Shown in pieces: positions 25,814-33,763 of a stretch of DNA of 33,763 nt. The position numbers and the translations under genes were made by a program. Location of the stretch: NCBI GenBank assembly GCA_046075565.1, contig JBJTQJ010000123.1:1-33763 (forward strand), in the 5' to 3' direction. This DNA is from Verrucomicrobiales bacterium (GTDB taxonomy: Bacteria; Verrucomicrobiota; Verrucomicrobiia; Verrucomicrobiales; SLCJ01). Below the pieces are notes generated by a model. That model did no database searches and was not told the DNA's origin. It saw only the letters and a program-made list of their open reading frames with translations. How positions within the stretch are numbered: the first letter of the stretch is position 1; the number at the start of each line of letters is the position of its first letter.

Positions 25814-26797
25814 TTAACGCTTGGCCAGGATAGCTGCCGCCAGCACATCGGCGAAGGCGGCTGCCCGGTCGGAAGACGGGGGAATGATGAGGTCGGAATG
25901 ATCGGCGTGAGATGTGGAGGCCACCCTGAATCGGCGACGGCGCGAAGAAAATAGCTCGCAGAGGCATGCAGCGAACGGATGATCCCGATCCGCGACGACG
26001 AGTCCGCCCCGGAAGAGGCCGATGAGGCCGCGCAAGGGGGAAGCTCCGAGACGAACGCACTTCGCCTCGGGAAATGCCATCGACATTTTGCCGAAGAGTT
26101 CGTTCCAGTCAACCATATCGCCTGCGCCTGTAACTCTGAGGAATACCCCCGGTGGTGAAAGGAATCTTCGAATCACGCGCCCAAAGTCATGCCACCCATG
26201 GCAGACCGCTCGGATATTCATGCGCGGTGAAAACAACGTGCGGAAGATCAAATATCGCCGCAAACCACGGGAATCCTCGCGATTCAAAAACTTCCTGAAA
26301 TTGGAGCCCTGAGGGTCGGGCAATTTTTCCTCTTCTTGGAGAAGTTGGGCGACCCGATTCTTGTAGCGCGGGGGCAGGCTGCCTTGCCAAGCAAGCCGAT
26401 CGGCCATCACGAACCACTCCGAGCGCAGGGAAATCACTGCGACCCCGTCTCGTTCAGCCGCGCCTTCGAGCAAAGTCAAGGCATCGGCGATTTCGAAACA
26501 ATACCAGCGCAACTCTCCATCCAGATCGATTCTGACAAGTTCGGAGCCAGGAGCCCAATAGACCAGACAGAGATTCGTGAACTCGATTCTGGCGATTTGA
26601 CGGTATCCATGGAGCTGCGCCTCGATATCGAGCAATTTCTCGATGTCGGCCATCGCCTCAGGTTGCACCACCAAATCGACATCGCTCTTGGTAGAACCGA
26701 AAATTTCATCCGCATTGCGGGAGATACAATATTTCACACCCTCCGTGTTCAACCGGGAGAACACGCTCCGCAAAAAACTCTCCCGTGAGCCGGTCAT
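25814..26797 (-). CDS. Nucleotidyltransferase-fold protein with a degenerate C-terminal kinase-like region
   Basis: YCISRN...KSDVDLVV (DxD) and VRIDL (third Asp), as in Pol-beta-type NTases. TGATG overlap at 26795-26799. Confidence 0.65.
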   Translation of the reverse strand: MTGSRESFLRSVFSRLNTEGVKYCISRNADEIFGSTKSDVDLVVQPEAMADIEKLLDIEAQLHGYRQIARIEFTNLCLVYWAPGSELVRIDLDGELRWYCFEIADALTLLEGAAERDGVAVISLRSEWFVMADRLAWQGSLPPRYKNRVAQLLQEEEKLPDPQGSNFRKFLNREDSRGLRRYLIFRTLFSPRMNIRAVCHGWHDFGRVIRRFLSPPGVFLRVTGAGDMVDWNELFGKMSMAFPEAKCVRLGASPLRGLIGLFRGGLVVADRDHPFAACLCELFSSRRRRFRVASTSHADHSDLIIPPSSDRAAAFADVLAAAILAKR

Positions 26798-27552
26798 CAG
26801 TTGGCGGGGTGCTTGCCCCGGATGAAACGACGACGCAGCGCCAGATAGAATTCCAGCGGCATGGCCGATCGGACCAGTTGTTTGGCCAAGTAGCGCATTC
26901 TCAATCCCCACAGGCCCTTACCGTCAAGCCACCCGGCGATGGTTCCCGCGGTGACCCCGTGGTGCACCACCAGACAATCCAAAGTCCCACGCAAGGGCAG
27001 CGGGTTATCACCCCATCGCATGGTCCGGAGAATATGCATTCCACAACCGGCGGCGGCTTCGACTACCTTTCGCGACAAGAATCCCCCGGGCGGGGCCAGG
27101 ATCCGCGGACGTCGACCCGTCAATCGGTGGATTTCCCCGACACTGCAGGCCAGTTCATCTTCCAGCTCCTCCCTGGACATCCTGTCCATCCTGCGGTGCG
27201 AATGCCCATGGCATTCCACCGTGTGGCCAGCGGCGGCCAGCTCGCGGATTTGCACCGGATTCATGTAACCATCATTGCCAATCTTGGCGGTGCTGACAAA
27301 AAACACTCCCCGGAACCCATGCCGAACGAGCAGCGGAGCTACTGTGGAATAATGGTCGGATGTCCCGTCATCGAAATGGAGCATCACCGAGTCGCCATCC
27401 GCACCACCATCGAGGACATCGTCGGGAGCAGTCACCCGGCTCCCGCGCCCGGCCAAAACCTCCAGGTGTGCCGAGAAGTCCGCGGGGGTGACGGTGTAGA
27501 AATCGCGCCGCGGATCGGATTCCGAAATCCGGTGGTAATTGAGCACGATCAT
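26797..27552 (-). CDS. Polysaccharide deacetylase (NodB/CE4)
   Basis: LNYHRI, HFDDG, HGHSH, LAPPGG. Confidence 0.92.
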   Translation of the reverse strand: MIVLNYHRISESDPRRDFYTVTPADFSAHLEVLAGRGSRVTAPDDVLDGGADGDSVMLHFDDGTSDHYSTVAPLLVRHGFRGVFFVSTAKIGNDGYMNPVQIRELAAAGHTVECHGHSHRRMDRMSREELEDELACSVGEIHRLTGRRPRILAPPGGFLSRKVVEAAAGCGMHILRTMRWGDNPLPLRGTLDCLVVHHGVTAGTIAGWLDGKGLWGLRMRYLAKQLVRSAMPLEFYLALRRRFIRGKHPAN

Positions 27553-28472
27553 TTTTTTCGCGCGCAGAAGAAAAGGAAGACCTCCGAAAGCTCTTCCATC
27601 GAGTAGCGGGACAGAAATTCGGGGTGGATGTCAATTTCTGCCAGATCCTTGAGATCCTTCTCCGAACCCCGGATGATTTTGAAGTCGGCGATTTCGAATC
27701 CGGCTCGCTCCAACACCTCGCGGTAGTCTCTCGCCTTGAGGCGGTTGTACCACATCAGGCGGGAGTTCGCCTTGTTGTCCCAGTATTCCTTCGAGAAACG
27801 AAGATGGTTATAGCGCGATATCGAGGAATCCGAATTGGCGTGGATATCGAAGAGATGCGTTTCCGCCATAAAGTAGCTGCCGGGCTTCATCAGCCGGTGA
27901 ATGATTTTCATGCAATCGTCAAGGATTGGTTGCTCGATGTGTAGAAGCACCTGGGAACTGGTCACCAGATCGGCCATCTCACCGGCTTTTTCCGCCCATT
28001 CCATGTATGGGGCATGGTATTCGATTCCATAGGCCCGAAGTAGTTCTTCCAAACCCGCTCCCGAGGCTGGAGCCTCCGGCAGGGAAGCCAGCGGAAGGGG
28101 GGGGACATGCCAGTCCTTGGAGATCTCGGCAACGAGAGACTCCGCTTCGCGGAAGGAAGACAACCTTAGCACTGGAAACAAATCCAGAAGCACCTGACCT
28201 CGCATGCCTTGCATGGCATAGTAGATTGGTATGGTGGGATGCCAACCCGCGCCAAAGTCCACGTGACGCATGGATCGGACGTCCTCCGGACACGTTCCAT
28301 GCTCAATCAACCAACGGAGATAACGGTCGGCCAATTCCATTTTTTGACTGACTCTTATCGGTGTTGCGACGATGGATCTCGTGATATGCTTTTGTGCGAA
28401 GCGGTAGATCTCTTCTCCCGCCGGAATGCCCGACAATATACGGAACAACCGAGTTTTAATCTTCCAATTCAT
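27549..28472 (-). CDS. SAM-dependent methyltransferase
   Basis: VDFGAGW, DLVTSSQVLLHI, LMKPGS, YNRLK. ATGA overlaps at both ends. Confidence 0.8.
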   Translation of the reverse strand: MNWKIKTRLFRILSGIPAGEEIYRFAQKHITRSIVATPIRVSQKMELADRYLRWLIEHGTCPEDVRSMRHVDFGAGWHPTIPIYYAMQGMRGQVLLDLFPVLRLSSFREAESLVAEISKDWHVPPLPLASLPEAPASGAGLEELLRAYGIEYHAPYMEWAEKAGEMADLVTSSQVLLHIEQPILDDCMKIIHRLMKPGSYFMAETHLFDIHANSDSSISRYNHLRFSKEYWDNKANSRLMWYNRLKARDYREVLERAGFEIADFKIIRGSEKDLKDLAEIDIHPEFLSRYSMEELSEVFLFFCARKK

Positions 28473-29719
28473 AGTAATTTGGCTCTTCTGTTATGGCACT
28501 TGTCAACTTCACGGTAGAGGCGGTCGATGGCTTCGAACTTTCCCTCCCATGAAAATTTGTTAATGGCTCTCTGGAAAGCGTTTTCCGCCAGCGCATCACC
28601 AAAAGCCGGGTCGGCCGCGAGTTTTTGCAAGCCGGCGCGGATTTCCGCAACCGTGGATTCTGGATCCCGCGTTGCAACGAGCACGGCGGAAGATGAATCC
28701 ACCATTTCACCCGGTCCTGCCCAATCCAAAGCCAGGATCGGAATCCGTTTGGTCATGGCATCCAGAATCGCCGAGCCCCCGCTGTCTCGCAGGGCTGGAA
28801 AGACGAGAACGGAAGTTTGCTCGTAAATCCGCCCGAGTTCATCCCGCGGAATGTTGCCAAGAAAGGCAACATGTGGTGATACGCCAAGCCGTTCGGCTTC
28901 GGTTTTCCAAAAATCGAGCGCGGGCCCATTTCCTGCCACGTTCATCTTCCACTCCCTGCCAATGCCCTTGGACAATGCTTCAAAAACGAGGGGCAGGGCG
29001 CGGGTTGCCGCACACGCTCCAGCAAAGACGATTTCAAAGGTTTCGTTGGACCTGCGATCAAAGGTCTTCGCCAGATTCAAGTCTTCCTCCCGAATCGCGT
29101 TGGGAGCAACGACCCGGCACTTTGACTGGTATCGGGCGGGAAGAAAGGCGAGGGTGGTCCGGTTCGAAACGAGAATCGCGGATGCGGTTTTCAAGGATTG
29201 TTGAACCGCCGGACTCTTCAGGCACCATCGATTGATGGTTTGACGCCTCGCTTCGGCGGCCGCGAAGGGGCCGAGGTATTTTTCGAATCCCTGAGGCACG
29301 CTTTCCCCTCCCGCCACCGGCCCCCACACCGAAGGAATCCCCAACCTCGCGCAGAAAAACGGGATGCGGAATGTGTGGAAGGTGGTCTGATGCACGACGT
29401 CGAATGGTTTTTCCGAATGAAGCCGCCGGGCAACGTTTAAAGCCCGGCGCTGCCAGGCTCGTTTTCTCATCCACACTCCGATGCTTCCCAAACACTCGCT
29501 GCATCGCCGCAACCATCCCGGCAGGCCAACGGCATGGTATTCGATGCCACATTCGTGGGCCGCGGGTCGAATCACGGATTCCGCTTTGGGAGGAGCGAGC
29601 AAAACGACATCATGATGCCGCGCAGCCTCACGCGCCCAACCCCAACCGAGCCAATGCTCGCCACCTCCCTGCGGATCGCAGGCATAGGCAACCATGAGCA
29701 CACGCAGTCTCTGCTTCAT
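28469..29719 (-). CDS. GT4 glycosyltransferase
   Basis: VAYACDPQGGGE..LGW, VWGPVAGGE, FPALRDSGGSAILDAM, DWAGPGE. ATGA overlap at 29716-29719. Confidence 0.9.
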   Translation of the reverse strand: MKQRLRVLMVAYACDPQGGGEHWLGWGWAREAARHHDVVLLAPPKAESVIRPAAHECGIEYHAVGLPGWLRRCSECLGSIGVWMRKRAWQRRALNVARRLHSEKPFDVVHQTTFHTFRIPFFCARLGIPSVWGPVAGGESVPQGFEKYLGPFAAAEARRQTINRWCLKSPAVQQSLKTASAILVSNRTTLAFLPARYQSKCRVVAPNAIREEDLNLAKTFDRRSNETFEIVFAGACAATRALPLVFEALSKGIGREWKMNVAGNGPALDFWKTEAERLGVSPHVAFLGNIPRDELGRIYEQTSVLVFPALRDSGGSAILDAMTKRIPILALDWAGPGEMVDSSSAVLVATRDPESTVAEIRAGLQKLAADPAFGDALAENAFQRAINKFSWEGKFEAIDRLYREVDKCHNRRAKLL

Positions 29720-31065
29720 TCTCGGTTTGAAGCCGCGTTGATTTCTTCCGCCGCCTGGATGCCCTCCAGCATCGCGTCTTCCATGCCTCCATAATTCCAG
29801 CCACCCCAACGACCACAGGAACGGATATCAAAGCGGGCCAAACCTTCGAGAACCTGCAACCGCGCGGCTTCGTATTCGCGGTCAAAGACGACATAAGCGT
29901 GCGGAATCTTGCACAGCTCCATCAGGAGGATTTCATCCTGCTCGGAGAGGATTCTTCCGCGGATGAGGTCGCGGATGACCCGCTCCTTCAATTCCTCGGG
30001 CCGATCCCGGTAGGCCTCGAAACCACCGGAGATCTCGACATAGTAGCTGCGGCAACCTTCCGGAGCGAGAGCCGGATGCACCGCCGAATAGGAACCGACC
30101 CGGTAGAAGACAAATTCCGGTTCGGGAAAATACACCCAATGTTTGCCCGAACCCTCGGCTCCCGGACCGCGCACCCCGAGATCAAAATAGTGCACGGTGG
30201 TAGCGCGCAGTTTCGCCGCCGCGCTCGTTACGGATTCCGGCAATCCTCCGCACAATCGCAGGAAGTCGATGAGTGGCATCGTGTTGACCAGATGCTCGTA
30301 ACAAACGGTTTCCCCCGTGCTCAGATTGGCCGTCTTGGCCAGAGGGTCCACGCTCGTGACACTCACGTTGTAACGTGGTTTGGTGGTCATTCCCTTTTCA
30401 AGAGCTTTGGGCAGAGCGCCGATCCCACCCTCCTTTGGGTAGATGAAGGTTGCATTGTAGCCGAGCGACTCCTTTGAATGGCCGAACGCCCCGTTGAGGA
30501 TATCCTCCACCGATGGTTTCGGCACAAAACGCTCTGCATACCGCGGGGAAACCTCCTCGAGAGGCACGCCGAGAAGTTTCTCGTTGTATGGCGTCATAAA
30601 ATGGCGCGCGATTCCCTCGCCAAAAAGCCGGATGATACATTCCGCGAAGCTCCGGGGAGGATGCTCCGGGGGCGACGCTCCGAAATCCTCAGGATGCCGG
30701 GCTTTCCATAACTCCTTGAGACACTCCAGCACGACCTCCCGGGGCAATCCATCGAGATTGGCCTGGAAGGGAAACAAAGTGAAAACTCCTTTGCTGTGAA
30801 TGGCGGCGCGGCGCTCGTATTCGACCACGTTTTCACCGAGCGCGTTTCGCACGAGGTCTCTGGTTCGCGGATTCCTAAGGTGGAGCCAGTGGCCCGTGCC
30901 ATCGCAAAGGAATCCGCCCTCCTTCAACCGGGAGCGCACGATACCTCCGGGTTCGGATTCTTTCTCCGCGATCAGGTGCTGTCCTTTCAGATGCAATCCA
31001 CATGCGACGCCCGTGAGGCCCGCGCCAAGAATCAGTGTTTTCGTTTGGATGGTTTTGTCACTCAT
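29716..31065 (-). CDS. FAD-dependent oxidoreductase, UDP-galactopyranose mutase-like (HemY-like superfamily)
   Basis: ILGAGLTG, EPGGIVRS, DGTGHW, FPFQAN, FMTPYNEK, YPKEGGIG, AYVV, GRWGGWNYGGMED. Confidence 0.8.
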   Translation of the reverse strand: MSDKTIQTKTLILGAGLTGVACGLHLKGQHLIAEKESEPGGIVRSRLKEGGFLCDGTGHWLHLRNPRTRDLVRNALGENVVEYERRAAIHSKGVFTLFPFQANLDGLPREVVLECLKELWKARHPEDFGASPPEHPPRSFAECIIRLFGEGIARHFMTPYNEKLLGVPLEEVSPRYAERFVPKPSVEDILNGAFGHSKESLGYNATFIYPKEGGIGALPKALEKGMTTKPRYNVSVTSVDPLAKTANLSTGETVCYEHLVNTMPLIDFLRLCGGLPESVTSAAAKLRATTVHYFDLGVRGPGAEGSGKHWVYFPEPEFVFYRVGSYSAVHPALAPEGCRSYYVEISGGFEAYRDRPEELKERVIRDLIRGRILSEQDEILLMELCKIPHAYVVFDREYEAARLQVLEGLARFDIRSCGRWGGWNYGGMEDAMLEGIQAAEEINAASNRE

Positions 31066-31073
31066 TTGGGGAA

Positions 31074-31901
31074 TTATGGTGGCGGAAGACTTGCGGAAGA
31101 GCTATACAGGCTCTTGAGCAAACCGCGCTCGAGTCGAAAGTAGAACTGCAACAGGGCGTCCGCGGCATCCTCGAACTCGCGCACTCCACCGAATTGCCAG
31201 CCGTAAGCCCGCCGGATGGCTTTTACTTCGGCGATTTGCTTTTGCAGGGCCAAAATGCCGCTCATGTCGGAGGAATCTAGATGGCGTTGGCTGAGGCTCT
31301 GGCCATGCAAGCGGAAGTCCGCGAGGATTCGGGGTAGGTAAACAAATCTTTTTCCCAGTTTCACCAAGCGCGCGTAGTATTCGCCATCCATACAATAATG
31401 GAACCGGTCGTCGAGAAGTTGCTCCTGAGCGACGGTGGTGGCCCGCCGGAGAAAACAAGCGGTCGAACCGATATAGCAACCGTGTTGGAGGAGCATTCGC
31501 CGGCGGAATGGAAACAGGGTCATTCTCTTCTTGAACTCGCCGTCCTCTCCGATGAAATCCCATCCGCCGAAAATCACATCCATTCCGTTCTGAAGCTCCG
31601 CGAATCGTTTCACTTCCGCCAACGCGCCCGGTTTCAGACGGTCGTCCGCGTTCAGCCACATCACCCATTCGCCCTTCGCCCTCCGGAATCCCTTGTTGAT
31701 ACCATCGCTCATGCCCTTGTCGGGCTCTTGGAAAAACGAAGCGCGGGAAAATCCTGCAACAACACTTGCGGTATCATCGGTCGAGCCCGCGTCCATCACC
31801 AGATGCTCGAAGGTCGCACCGTCCTGTGCCGCCACGCTTTCCAGGCACTCCCGGATGAAGCGCCCGTAATTGTAGCTTGGGGTGACAATGGTGAAGTCCA
31901 T
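31074..31901 (-). CDS. GT2 glycosyltransferase (WcaE/WfgS-like), paralog of 10584-11426
   Basis: FTIVTPSYN, MDAGSTD, DGINKG, WLNADD, YCMDGEY. Confidence 0.92.
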   Translation of the reverse strand: MDFTIVTPSYNYGRFIRECLESVAAQDGATFEHLVMDAGSTDDTASVVAGFSRASFFQEPDKGMSDGINKGFRRAKGEWVMWLNADDRLKPGALAEVKRFAELQNGMDVIFGGWDFIGEDGEFKKRMTLFPFRRRMLLQHGCYIGSTACFLRRATTVAQEQLLDDRFHYCMDGEYYARLVKLGKRFVYLPRILADFRLHGQSLSQRHLDSSDMSGILALQKQIAEVKAIRRAYGWQFGGVREFEDAADALLQFYFRLERGLLKSLYSSSASLPPP

Positions 31902-31976
31902 ATCAACTTGGTGAAGTCTCTCAAGCCACCCTGTCGGTCTAGTATCGCTTGTTCAAGAATCGGCCTGAAACCGCGC

Positions 31977-32405
31977 TCATTGGGGCAAAATGCGGTTCGC
32001 TCCCACGACTTTTGCTGCGGGCGGCACGTCCTTCGTGACAACCGCGTTCGCGCCAATCATCGCGTCATTCCCAATAGTCACAGGGCCGAGAATTTTCGCT
32101 CCGGCCTCGATGTAAACCCGGTCACCGATTTTCGGCGCGGCCATGATTCCATTCCGGTTTCCAATCGTCACCTGGTGACCGATTACCACATCATCGCCAA
32201 TTTGGGCGCCTGCCGCGACCACGATACCGAAAGGATGCGGCAGAAAGACGGATGCCGGCAGGGAAACTCCGATGTCACAGTTCAAATACCCGGAGTAGAA
32301 TCGGGAGAGAATGGGGATCCTGTGGCGGGAAAGCCAAATCAGCCACTCGGCAAAGCGGCCGTTGGAAATGTGGGGGTCGTTGGGATGATGCCTGCGCGTT
32401 CTCAT
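31977..32405 (-). CDS. Serine-acetyltransferase-like hexapeptide-repeat O-acetyltransferase
   Basis: LPHPFGIVV, QVTIG, PKIGDRVYIEAGAKILG, IGANAVVTKDVP. Confidence 0.9.
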   Translation of the reverse strand: MRTRRHHPNDPHISNGRFAEWLIWLSRHRIPILSRFYSGYLNCDIGVSLPASVFLPHPFGIVVAAGAQIGDDVVIGHQVTIGNRNGIMAAPKIGDRVYIEAGAKILGPVTIGNDAMIGANAVVTKDVPPAAKVVGANRILPQ

Positions 32406-32428
32406 GAGATGTGGATATCCCGGTGTTC

Positions 32429-33277
32429 CTAATCCGGCTCCGGTCGATTCTCGCCAAACCTGATTTTTTTCCGCATCTTCCGTTCGAAGGTTGCAAACAC
32501 GTGGGCCAATCCCGTCAATCCCCTGCCCGCCCTGGAAGCGGCGGGCCTAACGTGCCCCATGCATTCAAGGATTTGATCGGGGTGCTTGGTATCAATGGCC
32601 GGCATCGTCGAACCGATGTCGATGCCGACAATTCCATGGTGCAGACAACACAGGGAAAGCAACGACTGGTCGTGCCGGTTTTCGAAGTAGTCGGGCAAAT
32701 CCATCATCGGCTTCCGCGAGGGCTCGTCGTTGATGAGTTCGCTTTGCGAGGAGTAACGCAGCCATTGGGAACAAAGCGATCTGCTCTGCTTTCCGGCGAG
32801 CCAAAAAGAAAAACTCGCCTGGATTGGCGCGCTGCGATGTGTGACTTCGTCATCAAGGCCAAAGGCCACAAAAGACGCCCGCTTGGTCCACATCGACATG
32901 GGGCCTTTCCACGGGATATGCAGTCCGGGCATCACCTGCTGGTCCCGGGACCGCATCCACTCCAGATATGGAGCCACCGGAGATTGCAGGAGTTTGAAGG
33001 GGTAGGTCCGTCCGACATCACAATAGAAAACCAGATCACCATTCGGCACTTCATTCAACTTCCTGTCGATAATGTAGGGCTTCCATGCCCAGAACCCCGA
33101 CCCCCTTTGGGTGAGATCGATTTCCGGCATATCCCGCTCGAAACCCGCTTGCCGCAGGGACGCCGGCCCCCAGGCCGTGACGGTATCAGCCACGCGGTTC
33201 AACCGGGCGGACCAACCCAGAATCTTCTGCCTGAGATAGAATCTCGGTGTGGCGTAGGTTAGGAGATGGACGCGCAT
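32429..33277 (-). CDS. Putative GT-A-fold glycosyltransferase (uncharacterised)
   Basis: RGSGFWAWKPYII, VFYCDVG, IQASF, ENRHDQSLLSL. Confidence 0.65.
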   Translation of the reverse strand: MRVHLLTYATPRFYLRQKILGWSARLNRVADTVTAWGPASLRQAGFERDMPEIDLTQRGSGFWAWKPYIIDRKLNEVPNGDLVFYCDVGRTYPFKLLQSPVAPYLEWMRSRDQQVMPGLHIPWKGPMSMWTKRASFVAFGLDDEVTHRSAPIQASFSFWLAGKQSRSLCSQWLRYSSQSELINDEPSRKPMMDLPDYFENRHDQSLLSLCCLHHGIVGIDIGSTMPAIDTKHPDQILECMGHVRPAASRAGRGLTGLAHVFATFERKMRKKIRFGENRPEPD

Positions 33278-33408
33278 GTGGCTTTCGCGGCTTCCTGGTT
33301 TGATTTTCCAACCTGGTGTTCTGGTCGCCGCAAGTCAGCCGGCGAACCGGCAGGATAGGCGAGGGAGAAGATGCGAAGCTGCCGCACCCTTCACACACCA
33401 AACGCGAC

Positions 33409-33763
33409 TCACTTTCCCAACACCTCCCTGTAGATCTCAATGTGCCGGCTCGCGATGACATTGGGATGATAGCGTTTCGCGACGATGGCAGCGGCTTCGG
33501 GATAACGTGGCGCGCCAGCGTCGCACCAATCCCGAATCCCCTGGCAGAGGCCATCCAGGGTTTCGTGCAACTCCGCGCCCGGAACGCCATCCGCGATATC
33601 ACGGATCCCGCCAAGATCCGAACCGAAGAACTTGAGACCCCGGGCCATGGCTTCGGCCACCACAAGTCCGAAAGCTTCTTCCGATGGAAAATGGATGAAT
33701 CCACGACAACGATCCATCGTGGCGACCAACTGCTCCGTTTCCAGAAAGCCGGCGTATTCCGCG
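33409..33763 (-). CDS. GT4 glycosyltransferase, 3' part (runs off the right edge)
   Basis: FPSEEAFGLVVAEAMARG, SDLGGIRDI, HIEIYREVL. Confidence 0.88.
   Translation of the reverse strand, partial: AEYAGFLETEQLVATMDRCRGFIHFPSEEAFGLVVAEAMARGLKFFGSDLGGIRDIADGVPGAELHETLDGLCQGIRDWCDAGAPRYPEAAAIVAKRYHPNVIASRHIEIYREVLGK

Noticed and set aside
28097-28104. G8 tract in a methyltransferase (also C8 at 10510-10517 and T8 at 16924-16931) as phase-variation switches
   Set aside because: The tracts are short, the frames are intact, and there is no evidence of length variation without reads.
31398-33262. Plus-strand ORFs 31398..32432 and 32411..33262 (also 6917..7876)
   Set aside because: Antisense to well-supported minus-strand genes; no motifs.
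1-33763. tRNA, rRNA, riboswitch or prophage genes
   Set aside because: None recognised by eye; a covariance-model search was not run, so small ncRNAs cannot be excluded.

Overview
GC-rich bacterial DNA; a Verrucomicrobia-like origin is inferred from gene style only. The left ~6.8 kb holds housekeeping-type genes: the 5' part of an MrpA Na+/H+ antiporter subunit (missing from the ORF track), a DCC-family oxidoreductase, a dCMP-type deaminase, an HMA lipoprotein, a GT4, a 36-aa lipoprotein, an OadA/PycB/5S-type carboxyltransferase interrupted by TGA at a conserved Trp, and a pseudouridine synthase. From 6782 to the right edge is a minus-strand, largely translationally coupled surface-glycan locus. 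It encodes an O-antigen ligase/TPR protein, about ten glycosyltransferases, five methyltransferase-like proteins, a UGM-like flavoprotein, an acetyltransferase, a deacetylase, and a polyprenol-linked GT with two membrane GT-C-like proteins. The most novel-looking part is a nucleotidyltransferase-like / NMP-kinase-like / APH-kinase-like trio that may add an uncharacterised phospho-substituent to the glycan. Signals outside the ORF track include a cryptic GT11 remnant (18902-19186), a 142-bp element with arms built from 10-bp repeats (4016-4157), and recurring near-leaderless sigma70-like promoters. All family calls come from motif recognition; no database search was run.
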